This document shows, in pieces, positions 40,733 to 52,790 of a DNA stretch of 64,000 nucleotides. Position numbers and translations under genes: made by a program. Numbering within the stretch: the stretch's first letter is position 1; each line of letters begins with the position of its first letter. Under the pieces are notes generated by a model that saw only the letters and a list, made by a program, of their open reading frames with translations, had not been told where the DNA came from and searched no databases. The stretch is from Lingula anatina (taxonomy: Eukaryota > Animalia > Brachiopoda), in NCBI GenBank assembly GCA_051362555.1, contig CM120648.1:17604587-17668586 (forward strand), read 5' to 3'.

Positions 40733-41177
40733 TTATGATGAATGGGACAATATCCCACAAAACAGAATTGCTACATGTGTTGAAGGCTTGGCGCGCCGTC
40801 TACAGGAGATAATTGCGGTACGCGGTAAACGCACACGCTATTAGGCACGTGACCTTTAACGACATCCTAATGCCAACTGTGTGTAAATTTGGTGACATTT
40901 GATGGCGTCTTTTTAATTTTAAAATAGACATTTCTTTATATCTGTGGAAATCACAGTGAAACATTGGATTTTAGGGGGTTCCTGTTATAAATTTGACTAA
41001 ATGGTATAAAATGTGCATATTTTCGCCACTATTTTGTATTTTCTGAACCATTAATCATGTTAGACAAAGTATCTGGAATAAAAGGCACCGTTTTTAACAA
41101 TTTATACCTGTGAGGTGATCATTTGTAAATATAAGTACATGGAAATGGGGGTGGGACAACCTTTTTGACCAATGTTG
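40733..41177 (+). mobile_element. 3' end of a Tc1/mariner element
   Basis: EWDNIPQNRIATCVEGLARRLQEIIAVRGKRTRY*, followed by a TIR ending ...gaccaatgttg|ta; same family as 42391-44034. Confidence 0.85.
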
Positions 41178-41266
41178 TATTGTAGATAATAAAATTAATC
41201 ATTATGCACTTTTGAATCCCAATTGATAAAAAAGTCCAATTTTGTGCACTGCCTTTGCAAGTACAT

Positions 41267-41502
41267 CTAGAAAAGCACTCCGAGAGCGCAGATCTCCGCC
41301 AAGGCAGCGATTTTTGATTATTATTCATTATTGATTGATTGTTCGGATCACCACCAAAAACTAATCATTTCTAACTTAACACATTTCTGACCTACCCTGA
41401 AAATTTCATCAAAATCGGACCAAAACTGTTTGAGTTATGATGATGACAAACAGACATACAGAAAGACAGGGGTGAAAACATAACCTCCTTGGCGGAGGTA
41501 AT
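41267..41502 (+). mobile_element. Short HINE/DINE-1-like element (second copy)
   Basis: Same ends as 15262-15450 (ctccgccaagg / ccttggcggagg). Confidence 0.7.
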
Positions 41503-41756
41503 GAAAGGAAAACTTTGTAAATTATTTTGTAACTTACAAGAATGAGCCTGAGTACAAACATATATTAGATTTTTTTGTGAATTTTTCATTTTTATTTTAC
41601 TCATACAGCACTTCAAATGTGTGGATATGAACTCTCAAAAGCTTCAAGTCTAATGCTAGCTACATATCCCTAATGTCCAAGTTTCCTGCATTGCATGATA
41701 AGAATTTGGTGCTGGATTTGCAGCTCAGCATAAGGCATTACTGCATTAAAATTTAC

Positions 41757-41788
<32 letters not shown>

Positions 41789-42010
41789 TCGGTAATTTTT
41801 CACATCATGGTATATTGGAACTGAAGCATCATTCAAGTTGCCGATCTTTTTACATGCGTGCTTCCTTAACATTTTGTAGGGCATGATTAAAATAAGTTAA
41901 CTTTCTGTTGAGTATTATGATTTATTGCATCGAAATTGGCGATGGAAGCTATTCTGTGCATCATTATTTGCAACTACAATTTATACGAAGTATCGTCAAC
42001 TCATGCCTAC

Positions 42011-42160
42011 CCTCTGGTCCTGTTGTGTTTCCTGGCACAGAAAGACTTTGTGTTTCTGGGACAGCAAGAGTTATGCCTGGCACTTCGTTGGTGATGTTCT
42101 CACTTCCCTGTCTGATGTTGGGCAGGCAGTTGGAAAGTTTTTCCTGCATTTGTTGGTCAC
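42011..42160 (-). CDS. Exon 3 of the chimeric gene; paralog of IAP exon 58005-57831 with a degenerate BIR C-terminal part
   Basis: tttattttag|GTGACCAA matches IAP tttattttag|GTGAACAA. Shared GAAGTGCCA.GC, CTCTTG...CAGAA.CACA and GGAAACA..ACAGG. 150 nt, phase 1-1, open (GDQQMQEKLSNCLPNIRQGSENITNEVPG...TGPE). Confidence 0.78.
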
Positions 42161-42352
42161 CTAAAATAAATGTTGTATGAAAACAGTTACCGTTATTTCA
42201 TTCACGTAACAATCCAAAGGTTTTGTTGGCTTTAAAGAAGTGAGAAGGCCATACTGCCTTGAAAATTTTGCTATAAATCAATTACTTTAGAAAACAAAAT
42301 CATGCAGCCCGTTATGTTGTGTCTATTTTCATGTTTGATGGGCTTATTTGAC

Positions 42353-42390
<38 letters not shown>

Positions 42391-42392
<2 letters not shown>

Positions 42393-44034
42393 ACATTGGT
42401 CAAAAGGTTGTCCCACCTCCATTTGCATGTACTTTTACTTACACATGATCACCTCACAGTTGTCAATTGTTAAAAAGAGTGTTTTTTTTTATTCCAGATA
42501 CCATGTCAAACGCGATTAATAGTTCAAAAAATACAAAATTGTAGTGAAAATATACACGTTTTATACCATTCAGTCAAATTTATAACATGTATCCTCTTAA
42601 ATCCAATGTTCCACTGTGATTTTTACAGATGTAAAGAAATGCCTATTAAATTAAAAAGAGGTCATCAAATGTCACCAAATTTACACACAATTAGTATGAG
42701 GGTGTGTTCGTTAAAAGTCACGTACCTTACAGCGTGTGCGTTGACCGCGTACTGCAATTTTCTCCTGTAAACGGCGCGACAAGCCTTCAACACGGTAGCA
42801 ATTCTGTTTTGTGGTATATTGTCCCATTCTTCTTAAAGAGCCTGGCGCAATTTGTCCAGATTATTTGGAAATGGATTCTCCTCTGTATTGCACACTTCAA
42901 TTCATGTCACTGTTGGTTAGTAAGGTTAATATCAGGGCTCAAAGATGGTCGTTCCATCCTTAAAGCATTGTGTTTTTGCAACAAATCACTTGCCAGACGA
43001 GAGGTGTGCTGTCATAATGAGGCCTGGAGTTAACCCCAAAGTCAGTTCTTGGAGATGGAGCAAGATATCAGCTGAGAATGCTACACTCAGTGATCCCACA
43101 GGTAGGCTACCTCAATCACTGGAAGGCAGATGGTTTTACTGCAGAATCAAGTTATTTATTGAATCCCATCGATGGTCAAATGAGGGTTCGTAGACATGTT
43201 GAAAAATGCCATTTGGAGATGTGCGTGCAGGATAATATCGCCTGATGTGTTAGATCAGTCCACATTTGGAGAACATTCCAAGCCCATGGTATTAGTACAT
43301 TGTTCCTTTGGAACAAAACGTAACTGGGGCATTTTACTGCAACATTCTCAACAAATAGCTCACTGCATTTGCAAGAGGTGACTTCAGGGATGCTACCAGC
43401 ATCATTGTGACAACGCAGTTGCTCACAGCTCTCGTCTGGCAAGCCATTTGTTGCAGAAAGACGGGGCTCTGAGGATGGGACAGCAGTTTTTGAGCCCTGA
43501 TTCTAATCCTACTGAGCACCTGTGGCATTAATTGGAATGAGCATTACACAGGAAAACCAATCTCCAGATAATCTGGTCCAATTCCGCTACGCTGTTTAAG
43601 AAGAATGGGATAATATCCCACAAAACAGAATTGCTACATGTGTTGAAGGCTTGGCGCGCCGTCTACAGGAGATAATTGCAGAACGCGGAAAACGCACACG
43701 CTATAAGGCACGTGAGCACACCCTAATGCTAATTGTGTGTAAATTTGGTGACATTTGATGGCGTCTTTTTAATGTTATAGACATTTCTTAACATCTGTGG
43801 AAAACACAGTGAAACATTGGATTTGGGGGAGGGGGGGGCTGTTATAAATTTGACTAAATGGTATAAAATGAGCATATTTTCGACACTTGTTTTTATTTTC
43901 TGAACCATTAATCATGTTAAACATCGTATCTGGAATAAAAAGCACCGTTTATAACAATTTACATATGTGAGGTGATCATTTGTGAATAAAAGTACGTTGA
44001 AATGGGGTTGGGACAACCTTTTTGACCAATGTTG
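42391..44034. mobile_element. Fold-back Tc1 (DD34E-type) element built from two inverted 3' ends
   Basis: Termini aacattggtcaaaaggttgtccca / tgggacaacctttttgaccaatgttg|TA. The right half encodes decayed VFTAESS, DNAVAHSSR, SPDSNPTEHLW and EEWDNIPQ. The left half is the reverse complement of the same C-terminal region. Confidence 0.8.
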
Positions 44035-44117
44035 TATATGCTTGCCCTTTTGTTTCGTCTATATGCTATATTTGAATAGAATAGGCTAAGCACACGTTAT
44101 GATACAGACAGACTTAC

Positions 44118-44196
44118 CTGGTTCCCAATCTAGTATCCAGTCTCCCTGGGGGGAATGGGCAGATGGTACACCCCTAGCATCCCCAGCATGATTCAT
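44118..44196 (-). CDS. Coding part of exon 2 of the chimeric gene (MNHAGDARGVPSAHSPQGDWILDWEP); whole exon 44377-44118
   Basis: Acceptor ttcag|CT at 44378/44377 and donor CCAG|gtaagt. Shares HAG, PQG and the terminal W-x-x-G|gt junction with IAP exon 58636-58269. The start codon choice is inferred. Confidence 0.65.
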
Positions 44197-45745
44197 TGTG
44201 CTGCTTCCCGGTGTCGTGGTTCCCGGGATGGCACCCTCAAGTGAGCTATTGACCAGTGACGTGCACTAAAATTATGAAATGAACAAGCATTGGTATACCA
44301 ATCCCCAGTGTTCCAACTTGCTAACACTAGTGTCTGAGAGAAGAAGGCAGGGACACTTATGACCAAGAAGGACATAGCTGAACGTATAATTTAGAAAAAA
44401 TTGAAAAAAAGAAAGAAAGAATTAAGAATCAACAGTACTGCTTATCTTTGTTTACAGGAGAAGAATCAATTTAATTCCAACAAGGGGTTGGGACAAATTT
44501 TGAGATGCCCATGCACGTCCCTGATAACAGGTCTTTCAATCACCAAAGTTTCAGCTTCACAAGGCTAATGGTCTACGAGGAGTTAACATAAAATACAGAG
44601 TGAAAAGATTCTACCACCCCAGGGAACGTCCAACCCCCTGTTGCACTAAAATCCGAAATGTCCAAGCAGTTTCCTAACATGCATTTTATTTCATTTTACA
44701 AATAATTTCAAGTGCCTTAGTATAGTAGTCTAGGGGGGAGAAAGCCGAAATGACAATTAGAAAAGAGTTCAGAAAAATTCCAAAATGCCTTTGCACATCC
44801 CTGTTAAAAAGTTTATAAATCACCAAATGTTCAACTTCCTTACTCTAATGGCCTGTGAGGAGACAGGTGAAATTAGAACGGAAATCAATTTAAAGAAGAG
44901 CAACCCAAAGAACAGAAAGTGTCAAAATTATTTGAAGCTTTGCAGGAAAAATCATTTTTTGTTTCTCTTGATCTTTAATAAGCCCCTAGTGGCCCCAGGT
45001 TAGGAGCTGCTCTTTGAAAATAACGCACAGGTACATTTTTTCCTGGGATATATATCGCCAGCGAGAGTGCGTATGATACACTCAAGACATAAGCTACCTG
45101 ATAGTTTAAGATAGGGCTTTTGTAACTAGTACTTGCATTGTTTATATTAGTTCTGTGAAAACAAACCAGAAGTGGTTTCAGAACAATGGTGCATATACAA
45201 TTGATACAAAAAATGTGCACATTCAGGTGACGTTAACCTACAATCGAATGGGATTTTCGATCATATTCACTTGGGTCGCTGGCTTACAAAATTGCTGCCT
45301 CTTCTTCCACTCTTTATACACTAGACACCCATGTGGCATCAAAGGGGAATGCGTAGTCTCGAGACTTCAGTTCACGCAAAAGCAATAAAGCACGTGCATT
45401 ATACTTCTACAGCTGTATACGCCCCTGCTAGTACGAATGTGGAAATTTTCCTAGGCAGTCAGCCAGCATTAGTTGGAATAAGCAAACACACCATTATTGA
45501 TTGTTTTGACGATGAAAAAGTCCCTCGTTGAACAGATGTCGCGGAGGCGTCAAACAAACATTGAGTTGGTCACTGTTTCTTGTGCATGCAGTCGAACTTA
45601 AGCGTCAAATCTTATCAAAGCGTCACTGTTACCGGTTTATTAACTTATGTTCTAGGTTGTTTCCGCTATCAGAACTACCCCACTTCAGTAACGTGTGAAA
45701 AAAAAATTCCCCATCTTTTAGATAAACATGCCATTGCTGGTAGAT

Positions 45746-45906
45746 CCGGTGTTCGGGGAAATCCCGGGTTTTACAGCTCTAGATCTGACATAATAGTCTG
45801 ACAATATGGGAATTTCCAACCCTGGACAGCCGGTGTTTGGGGAATTAACGGGTTTTGCAGCTCTAGATCTGACATAATAGTCTGACAGTATGGGAATTTC
45901 CAACCC
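45746..45906. repeat. 84-bp tandem duplication carrying NF-kB consensus sites (intron 1)
   Basis: Two copies of ccggtgtt..gggga...agctctagatctgacataatagtctgaca.tatgggaatttccaaccct. GGGAAATCCC at 45756; GGGAATTTCC at 45808 and 45892. Confidence 0.85.
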
Positions 45907-46033
45907 TACACCAAAGAGTGCCGTTTTCTACACAGATAAAGTGGTAAATGTAACACTATTTTAACATAGCTCCTAATAAGGTCAGTGCTGTGTATTAGTG
46001 TGCTATGGGACCCTAACCAGTCAATAAACACAG

Positions 46034-46440
46034 CCCGCACGAAAATGCAGTAGTATCGAAGTAGCAAAAAAGCATTAACGCAGTAGTGGTGTGGAGCATA
46101 TTTGCAATAGAAATGCAGCATAGCCTACTGCAATTCTACTCCAAAAAGTACATAGGTTTGTACAGAGAGGAGCATTAATGCAGTAGATAAGCCGCATGAT
46201 AGAAGCGTGTTTCAAATATGCAAATTAGCTCCCAAATCGAAGCAGGTTTGAAGCATGTTTGCAGTATGATTGCAGTAGTCTACTGCGGTTTGCAGTATGA
46301 TTGCAGTAGTCTACTGCGGTTTGCAGTATGATTGCAGTAGTCGACTGTGGTTTGCAGTATGATTGCAGTAGTCGACTGTGGTTTGCAGTATGATTGCAGT
46401 AGTCTACTGCGCTGGAGTATCTACTGCGTTTTCTTGCGGG
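46034..46440. mobile_element. Second copy of the CCCGCA MITE with an internal ~5x 30-bp expansion
   Basis: Same TIRs as 1048-1312; tandem gtttgcagtatgattgcagtagtc.actg.g at ~46257-46410. Confidence 0.8.
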
Positions 46441-46517
46441 CTAGGGGACAGGGGTACTGAACCAACCTACAACGTACAACGTATATAGACGACAGCGTGG
46501 AATCATGGTTGACTTAC

Positions 46518-46560
46518 CTTGTCTATTCCTTCTCAGCAAATGGCGGACCCGGAAGGTTTA
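46518..46560 (-). other. Putative non-coding first exon of the chimeric gene
   Basis: Consensus donor AAG|gtaagt at 46518/46517, immediately downstream of a cluster of regulatory motifs. The 5' boundary is unknown. Confidence 0.5.
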
Positions 46561-46810
46561 ATGAAAAGGGGATTTCCCTCCTGTATTGCTCCCTCACAAA
46601 TGATACACGTATTATGGGATTACAGGTGTGTATTATAGGTTAACTTCCAAATGCTGACAGTACGTCAATATAATCAGCACTATAGTGTAATCAGATAAGT
46701 GATACTATATACAGCTGTCGAGAACAATAGAGGGGATTTTTCTGACAGTAAGTCAATATAATCAGCTGATATCGTGTTATGGTGACGTGACATAAACATC
46801 ATGAGTCATG
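46548..46810. promoter_or_regulatory. Promoter-like module: ETS-like CCGGAAG, NF-kB site GGGGATTTCC (46568-46577), CRE-like TGACGT, AP-1 TGAGTCA (46802-46808)
   Basis: Motifs read directly from the sequence. The module 46684-46810 recurs at ~51408-51528 and, diverged, upstream of the IAP gene at ~60965-61080. Confidence 0.55.
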
Positions 46811-47156
46811 TCTATATCTGTTCTGCTGACATTAAGTGCTTTTATTTTAAAAAAAACGTGAGCCGTTTTCGCTTTCTTTTTATGTACTATATGCACGAAA
46901 CCTCAATAAAAGCTAACTAATAACCAAATGTACTAGTTCCTGCTTTGCTTTTAACAACATGTGATATCAGGATTTGAAATAGGTAATTTTACGTCTGTAT
47001 GGAATTTTCCAATAGGGCCCAAGAAGGTATAGGGTCCTATAGTGCATATTTATCCCACTCTGGCTCTACGAAATATTCTATCTGGCGTCTTTTAGGAAAC
47101 ACGTGTCCTCTAGGACGTCCGATGTATTTTCTATAGAGTCTCACAGAGTCCTGTAG

Positions 47157-50100
47157 TACCGTACTAGGATTAAGAATGTGTACATTTACCCCGTGGACCA
47201 TTTGAAGATTACACTGCGATTAATGCGGTGGAAAATACAATAGAGAGAGTGTATAATGATAGGGTCGCTAAACGATTGTTGACGGCATATAGTAACTAGC
47301 CTAATCCCCTGGTCGCCTGGGTAGCCACGCCCCCTTAGAGTACTTATGTAAACAAACGGTCTCCCGTAGCGAACTATCCTTTTGTTCAACAGCTTCGCGC
47401 GTGCAGCTGATTATGTATGTAGTGACACTATAGCTAACTGCATATAAATTTGTGCTAGCTGTTATTTGATTCATTCTGCTGTGTTGGATGTTTTGGATCA
47501 GCCCACTGGTTCGTTGACTTATGTTTTTCTGAAGATTGGTGGTGCAGATTTTGAGTGCTTAATTATTTACCCTCCTTCTAACAAGAGAAAGGGGAAGGGA
47601 GATAAAAAGAGAGAGAGTGTCAAATGAAACGGGTAATGAGTAATACGTTACATTGAATAAAGGGACTCGCGGTGGAAGAAACGATAGACTGTTTTGCATC
47701 AAGGTATGCCATTATAATCTGACATGGCCCATAACATGATCCATAACATGACTCATTGTTGTATGCCTTATATTTGTGCCGACTTATATTTTACTCTCGT
47801 TCATTTCGTGAAACTATTTCCTTGAATAAAGTTTTGCCTGTATAAATTAACTTTGTGACATGAAGTTATTAATAAAACGCGCCTGTTGAAAAGGGGGCTT
47901 TTCGTAACTAATAAAGGTTCACTATTCAGAAAAATATCGTCGCCGTTTGTCGCCGCTACCTTCAGGAAAGCGTACCCTCCGCGTGGATCACCGGCATTTT
48001 TGATTATCTGACAAATTAGGGCAATTTACGTTTAAGCTAATAATTCTGAATTTACTAATATTTTGGACTAAATTCGATGTCAGATTCATAGCAATGACGG
48101 AGAGCCGCCAGAGTAATTGTTTAATTTTCTAAACTAATCAAACTAGAACGCGTGGCGATAAAATGTGTTGCTAGATCTTGTAAACACTCAGCGAAATGCA
48201 CCTAGTGACTATATTTAATGTGCCGTCACTTAATTGCTTTCTCGATTTCATTAATTGACGATAGTAATTGCAGGTAACAAGGAAGAGGAAATGCTGAAGA
48301 CAAAACAACGTCGGGTCTTTCTCCCTAAACACTTTTTATGTTGCTGTCAAAGAAAAAGGAGTCTAGATAGCGATTATTTAAACCACTGCTGCTGCTTTTG
48401 CAGGTAGACTTCCTCGTTTATCATTTAAATGCTCCCCTCCCCCAGCAGACCCAACTTGATGCATGTACGTCTCGGTAGCTATAGTACAGATCTTGGTTCA
48501 AGTAATGAAAGGTTTAAGCACAAAACGATAATTTGAGGCTATTTTTTCATTCAAGACAAAATAAAGTATCCATGGTGTGTGACAATAGGGACTTTACAAA
48601 GCTTAATTTGTCCTTAAATATATATTTCAGTAGCATAGGCGAGCGACGTAATTGTTACCTCAACTTGAGGTATCCTCGATGAAAGCGGAGTACAAAAATT
48701 TACTTTTTTTTAATATCGATTACAACATGCTGTACAATGATATTGAGACTAAAGGGTTTAATGGACTTCTTTGCCTTAAAAGCAATTCATTTCAAAATTA
48801 AAAGAAACAGTTTTTTCGGGGAGTGCGGGTAGACAGTTTACGTCAGGTGATTCGTTAAAGTCGAGGAATGTTTCACTGTCAAATGTGTAAATCATATATG
48901 TCATAAAACACTATAAAATTTTTTTGTTACGATCTGCAACATTTGTTCATTTATATAGCAGGGCGAAGTTAAAGCCAGAGGTAAATAGAACTTAATACCG
49001 TAATCCTCCTCGTCCATTTATTTAAATCGTATCAAAACGATTGATACACAATGTTCATTAAATTCATAATTTTGGCGATTTATTAAAACCATATTGGTAC
49101 ATAAAAGTTTAAGATTAGCATAAGTTAAGCAACGACCAGTATGAAGAACAACACCCTTTTTAAATGAGGCAAGACACCCTCTTCACACTGATTATAACCT
49201 TGAGAAAGACATTATGCAACTTAAGGTAAAGGAGTTCTTTCATCTCGTGTGTGAATACAACACATTCTTTGTCACTTTTACAAGACAATGTAAAGACAAG
49301 ACAATACACAATAAAAAGGACATTAGTATAGAAAGCTTACTTCGGGTCAGCCCTTTGCTTGTTCGAATGAAAGAGATAGATATCGCGCCGCGACTCCCTT
49401 TATTAAACCTTCGTGTGTTTGTGTAAAAGTGTGAAAGACAGGCAACGGTCTTTAGTCGCTGTTGATATTGTTCGCGATTAATATTGAAGTGTTACTTTTC
49501 CTCATGTTCTCTATATTTCTTTTAGGTGGTTGAGACAATGGGATGAGATCGATAAAAGTGAAGGTTAATCTAAACAATTAGATGCGATTTTTGTGAAATG
49601 ACTTATTAAGTGATGTGCATGTACCTAGCATGTTTAAATTCTTGAATTTCTAATTTGTTAAATCTTTCATACACGGCCTCATATATGTATTACTCTCAGG
49701 CCTTCGATATTATTGTGTTACACGGGACTCCTGGAAACCTGAAGCACAGGTCTACGGAGTCTTGTTATCCTTCATGCAGTTTTATGGCTGGGATGAACAC
49801 TGCGAAGTAGAAACAGGCTTTACTTAGCTTTACTTGATGCACGACAGTTTAAACAAAACCAGTCTGCAAGGCTTGCTTTGATTTGGCGTTAACCTTACAC
49901 TGGTTTAAAAAGAACAAATATAAATATGTTCGATGGATTAAATGCCGGCTTTGTTATATTTTAACTAAATGCGTTCATTTGCACAGTTACACAGATAATA
50001 TTTTTAAGTTGTCTGTCGTTCAGCACGCATTATAGGCGAGTAGCTAAATAGTGACGGTGATCAATCCAAGCTCAATCTTGGCAAGTATTGTTTACAAAAT

Positions 50101-51387
50101 AGATCATGTTGAATAAACTTAATTACGCTTTAATAAATAATCAACACATGGTTCGGTTATTGTCACTTGAAAGCTTTCGATCAAAGACGTTCAGTTACGT
50201 GTTTCATCGGATGATAGCATCACGCCCTAGGTCTAAGCGAGTTGAATAGAAGCTTTTTATCCAAACATCCTATTCCTAACTACTGAGTTAGGACAAAGGT
50301 CTAGTAACATGCACTGTGCAATTACTATTAATGGATCAGACGCATACTTGATTGTTTTTCCTCTGGTGTCGCACGTATGCATCCTTTCTTGAGTGATCTA
50401 AAACAAGTCGCTAGTGTACCATGTTTCTCACTGTAGCAAAATACCTGTACGTTCGACATGGTGTTTCTGAACGGCAGCCGGAGACACAGTAATTGTATAG
50501 GCATGCTTTAAGCTTGTTCGAGAGACAATAACAGTCGGGTTTAACAATAGATAGCGACCATAGTAAGACCCCCTCCTATTTAACTGATGATTTACACTTT
50601 CGTATATTGTATGATCATACAGCCAGACTTCCCCCTGTTGCATGTTGTAGTTGGATTGTCATTGCGCCTATGTCAATGCACCTCATTTAATTTCAATATT
50701 ATAATATAAGCATAATATAAGTAATATGTTATTTCCTTATTCCTCTTTCATTATCATTCATGTTTTATAAATACTTGAACGCTTGAATGCAGATATTTCA
50801 AATTAAAACGTAAGTACATAAATAAATTATACATTTATAAATTAATGCAATAGGAATTTTTTGAGACAGATTGATGCTGACGCTCATGCATTTCAACCAA
50901 ACAAACAATAATTAGTTCAATTTTTGACTGCGGAAATTTCATATAGGATGAAATAACTGATAACAAATTTAACTAGCAGTTTGTTAGCAACACTAAAAAC
51001 CAGCTGCGCGTGCCAAACTAGTGAACAAAAGGACAGTTCGCTTCGCGTGGCACGCCTTAGCATGGGTTTAGCCTCTTCAAGCTATAATCCTATCGCCGCA
51101 ACAAACAATAGGGACCTTCTGGCTGATGTATCCTGCTGTTAATTACACCTAGTTACAGCGGATTGTCACGCTCGCGCTGGGCCATAGAAACCGGCGTCAT
51201 GGGGTTCACTCGTATTAAGTATTGTGTTATTCCACCTAAGCTATTGTGTTTGTGCGTTCGAATTTTGAAGGGATTTATACGGCCCTCCATTGTTTGTCCG
51301 CCCCCTTCTATTCACAAGATAGGGATTAAAACATTTCGAACGTGGTTACACCGGTGTACAACGGAAACAAAATTATTCCGACCACTG
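47157..51387 (-). mobile_element. Copy B of the unclassified ~4.2-kb interspersed repeat
   Basis: Reverse complement of copy A; termini ta|ccgtactagg...ccgaccactg|ta. Confidence 0.85.
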
Positions 51388-51724
51388 TAAGTACCAAGGA
51401 CGCGGTACAGTGTGATTAGTGATGCTATATACAGCTGTCGAACACAACAGAGGGGATTTTTCTGACAATAAGTCAATATAATCAGCTGATATCGTGTTAT
51501 GGCGACGTGACATAAACATCATGAGTCATTTTTTCATCTGCTCTCCTGTCATTCATTGCGTGTATTAACCAGTACTTTCATCGGACTTTGCTAAGAAAGA
51601 CGTTTATTTAGGAAAATTACAGTCTTACATATCGTGCCCACGATGTGAAAGATACAATAAATCTGAATGAACTCGGTAGAAACAAGGTGAGGCCAGTGAC
51701 CATTTTCGTGTCTTTATTGATATA

Positions 51725-52790
51725 TGAAATTCAATTTCAATTCAATTCAATTTATTTCTGTACTGGTACATAGATTGTCAATATTGTATTGTACAATATG
51801 ATATACTAATGACGATACAATACAGTTAGTGCATTACCATTTCTCTAGTTGGTATTATGTTGCCTAACCATTTGTGAAGGAAAAAATAATCTTTATATAA
51901 TGAACATACGTACTAGTAATATTACTCATAAAATATTCTATCTAAGCAATGAGATAAACCTTGGTGTGATTAAAAATTTACCATAAACATACTATAAACA
52001 TGTTACACAAAAGGATATGTGATATGTTTTAACTTAAAACCACAGTTACATAGCTGTTTACATGGCTGTTTAAGGCCAGTTTGATGGCATAGATAATTAC
52101 TATTAATGGCAATTACATAAGACAGATAAGTAAATAAGTTACACAGATATAAATATTGTGCCATGTTCAGTCCCACTGCCGAGTCACTTCTCACAACAGT
52201 GGGACCATACACTGACATTTTAAGGGATATGCTAAGAGTTACAAAGCAGAGCAACCACTTCATTTCTTTTCTTGAATGATTTGATTATAAAGTTGGAGAG
52301 GGACACTAAAGTATCTCTGTTGGCACTGTTAAATACATGGCATAATTGACTGTGTGGTGACCTTGTATCAGCTTTTAGGATTGAGGTTTTACTAAAAAAA
52401 GGTGACTCGGTCTGCTGTGTACATTGTGCATTGGAATATAAAATGGTATTCATCTTCAATTACCCCTTGGGTGCACAGGCGACAGATTCTGTCGCACCTT
52501 TCAGTTTTTGGCCTGGTGTGCAGCCCAGTTTCGATGTGGAGTTTATGGTCACTAAGACGTAGTTTAGCAAGGGTTGACAAGGTGTCATAATTTGTTATTT
52601 TATCAACATAAGTTGCCCTTTCACACTTTTGGTTAAGTATACGGAAGAGAGACAATTTACTGCTGGCTTGAAGTTTGCTATTGCATATTTGGGTAAAGTG
52701 GTCAGTTTGTCTTTGTTTGAAAATTGTGGTGAAGTTTTTTGGAGGTGACTGGCAAAGCCACACATCTCCAAGATCAAATGTGATATATGA
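51725..52790 (-). mobile_element. LINE 3' end with C-terminal CCHC zinc finger (RTEX-like)
   Basis: ORF 52392..52763 has LAKLRLSDHKLHIETG...RICRLC...EDEYHFIFQC..Y; (ATTGA)n-like tail at ~51725-51752. Confidence 0.75.
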
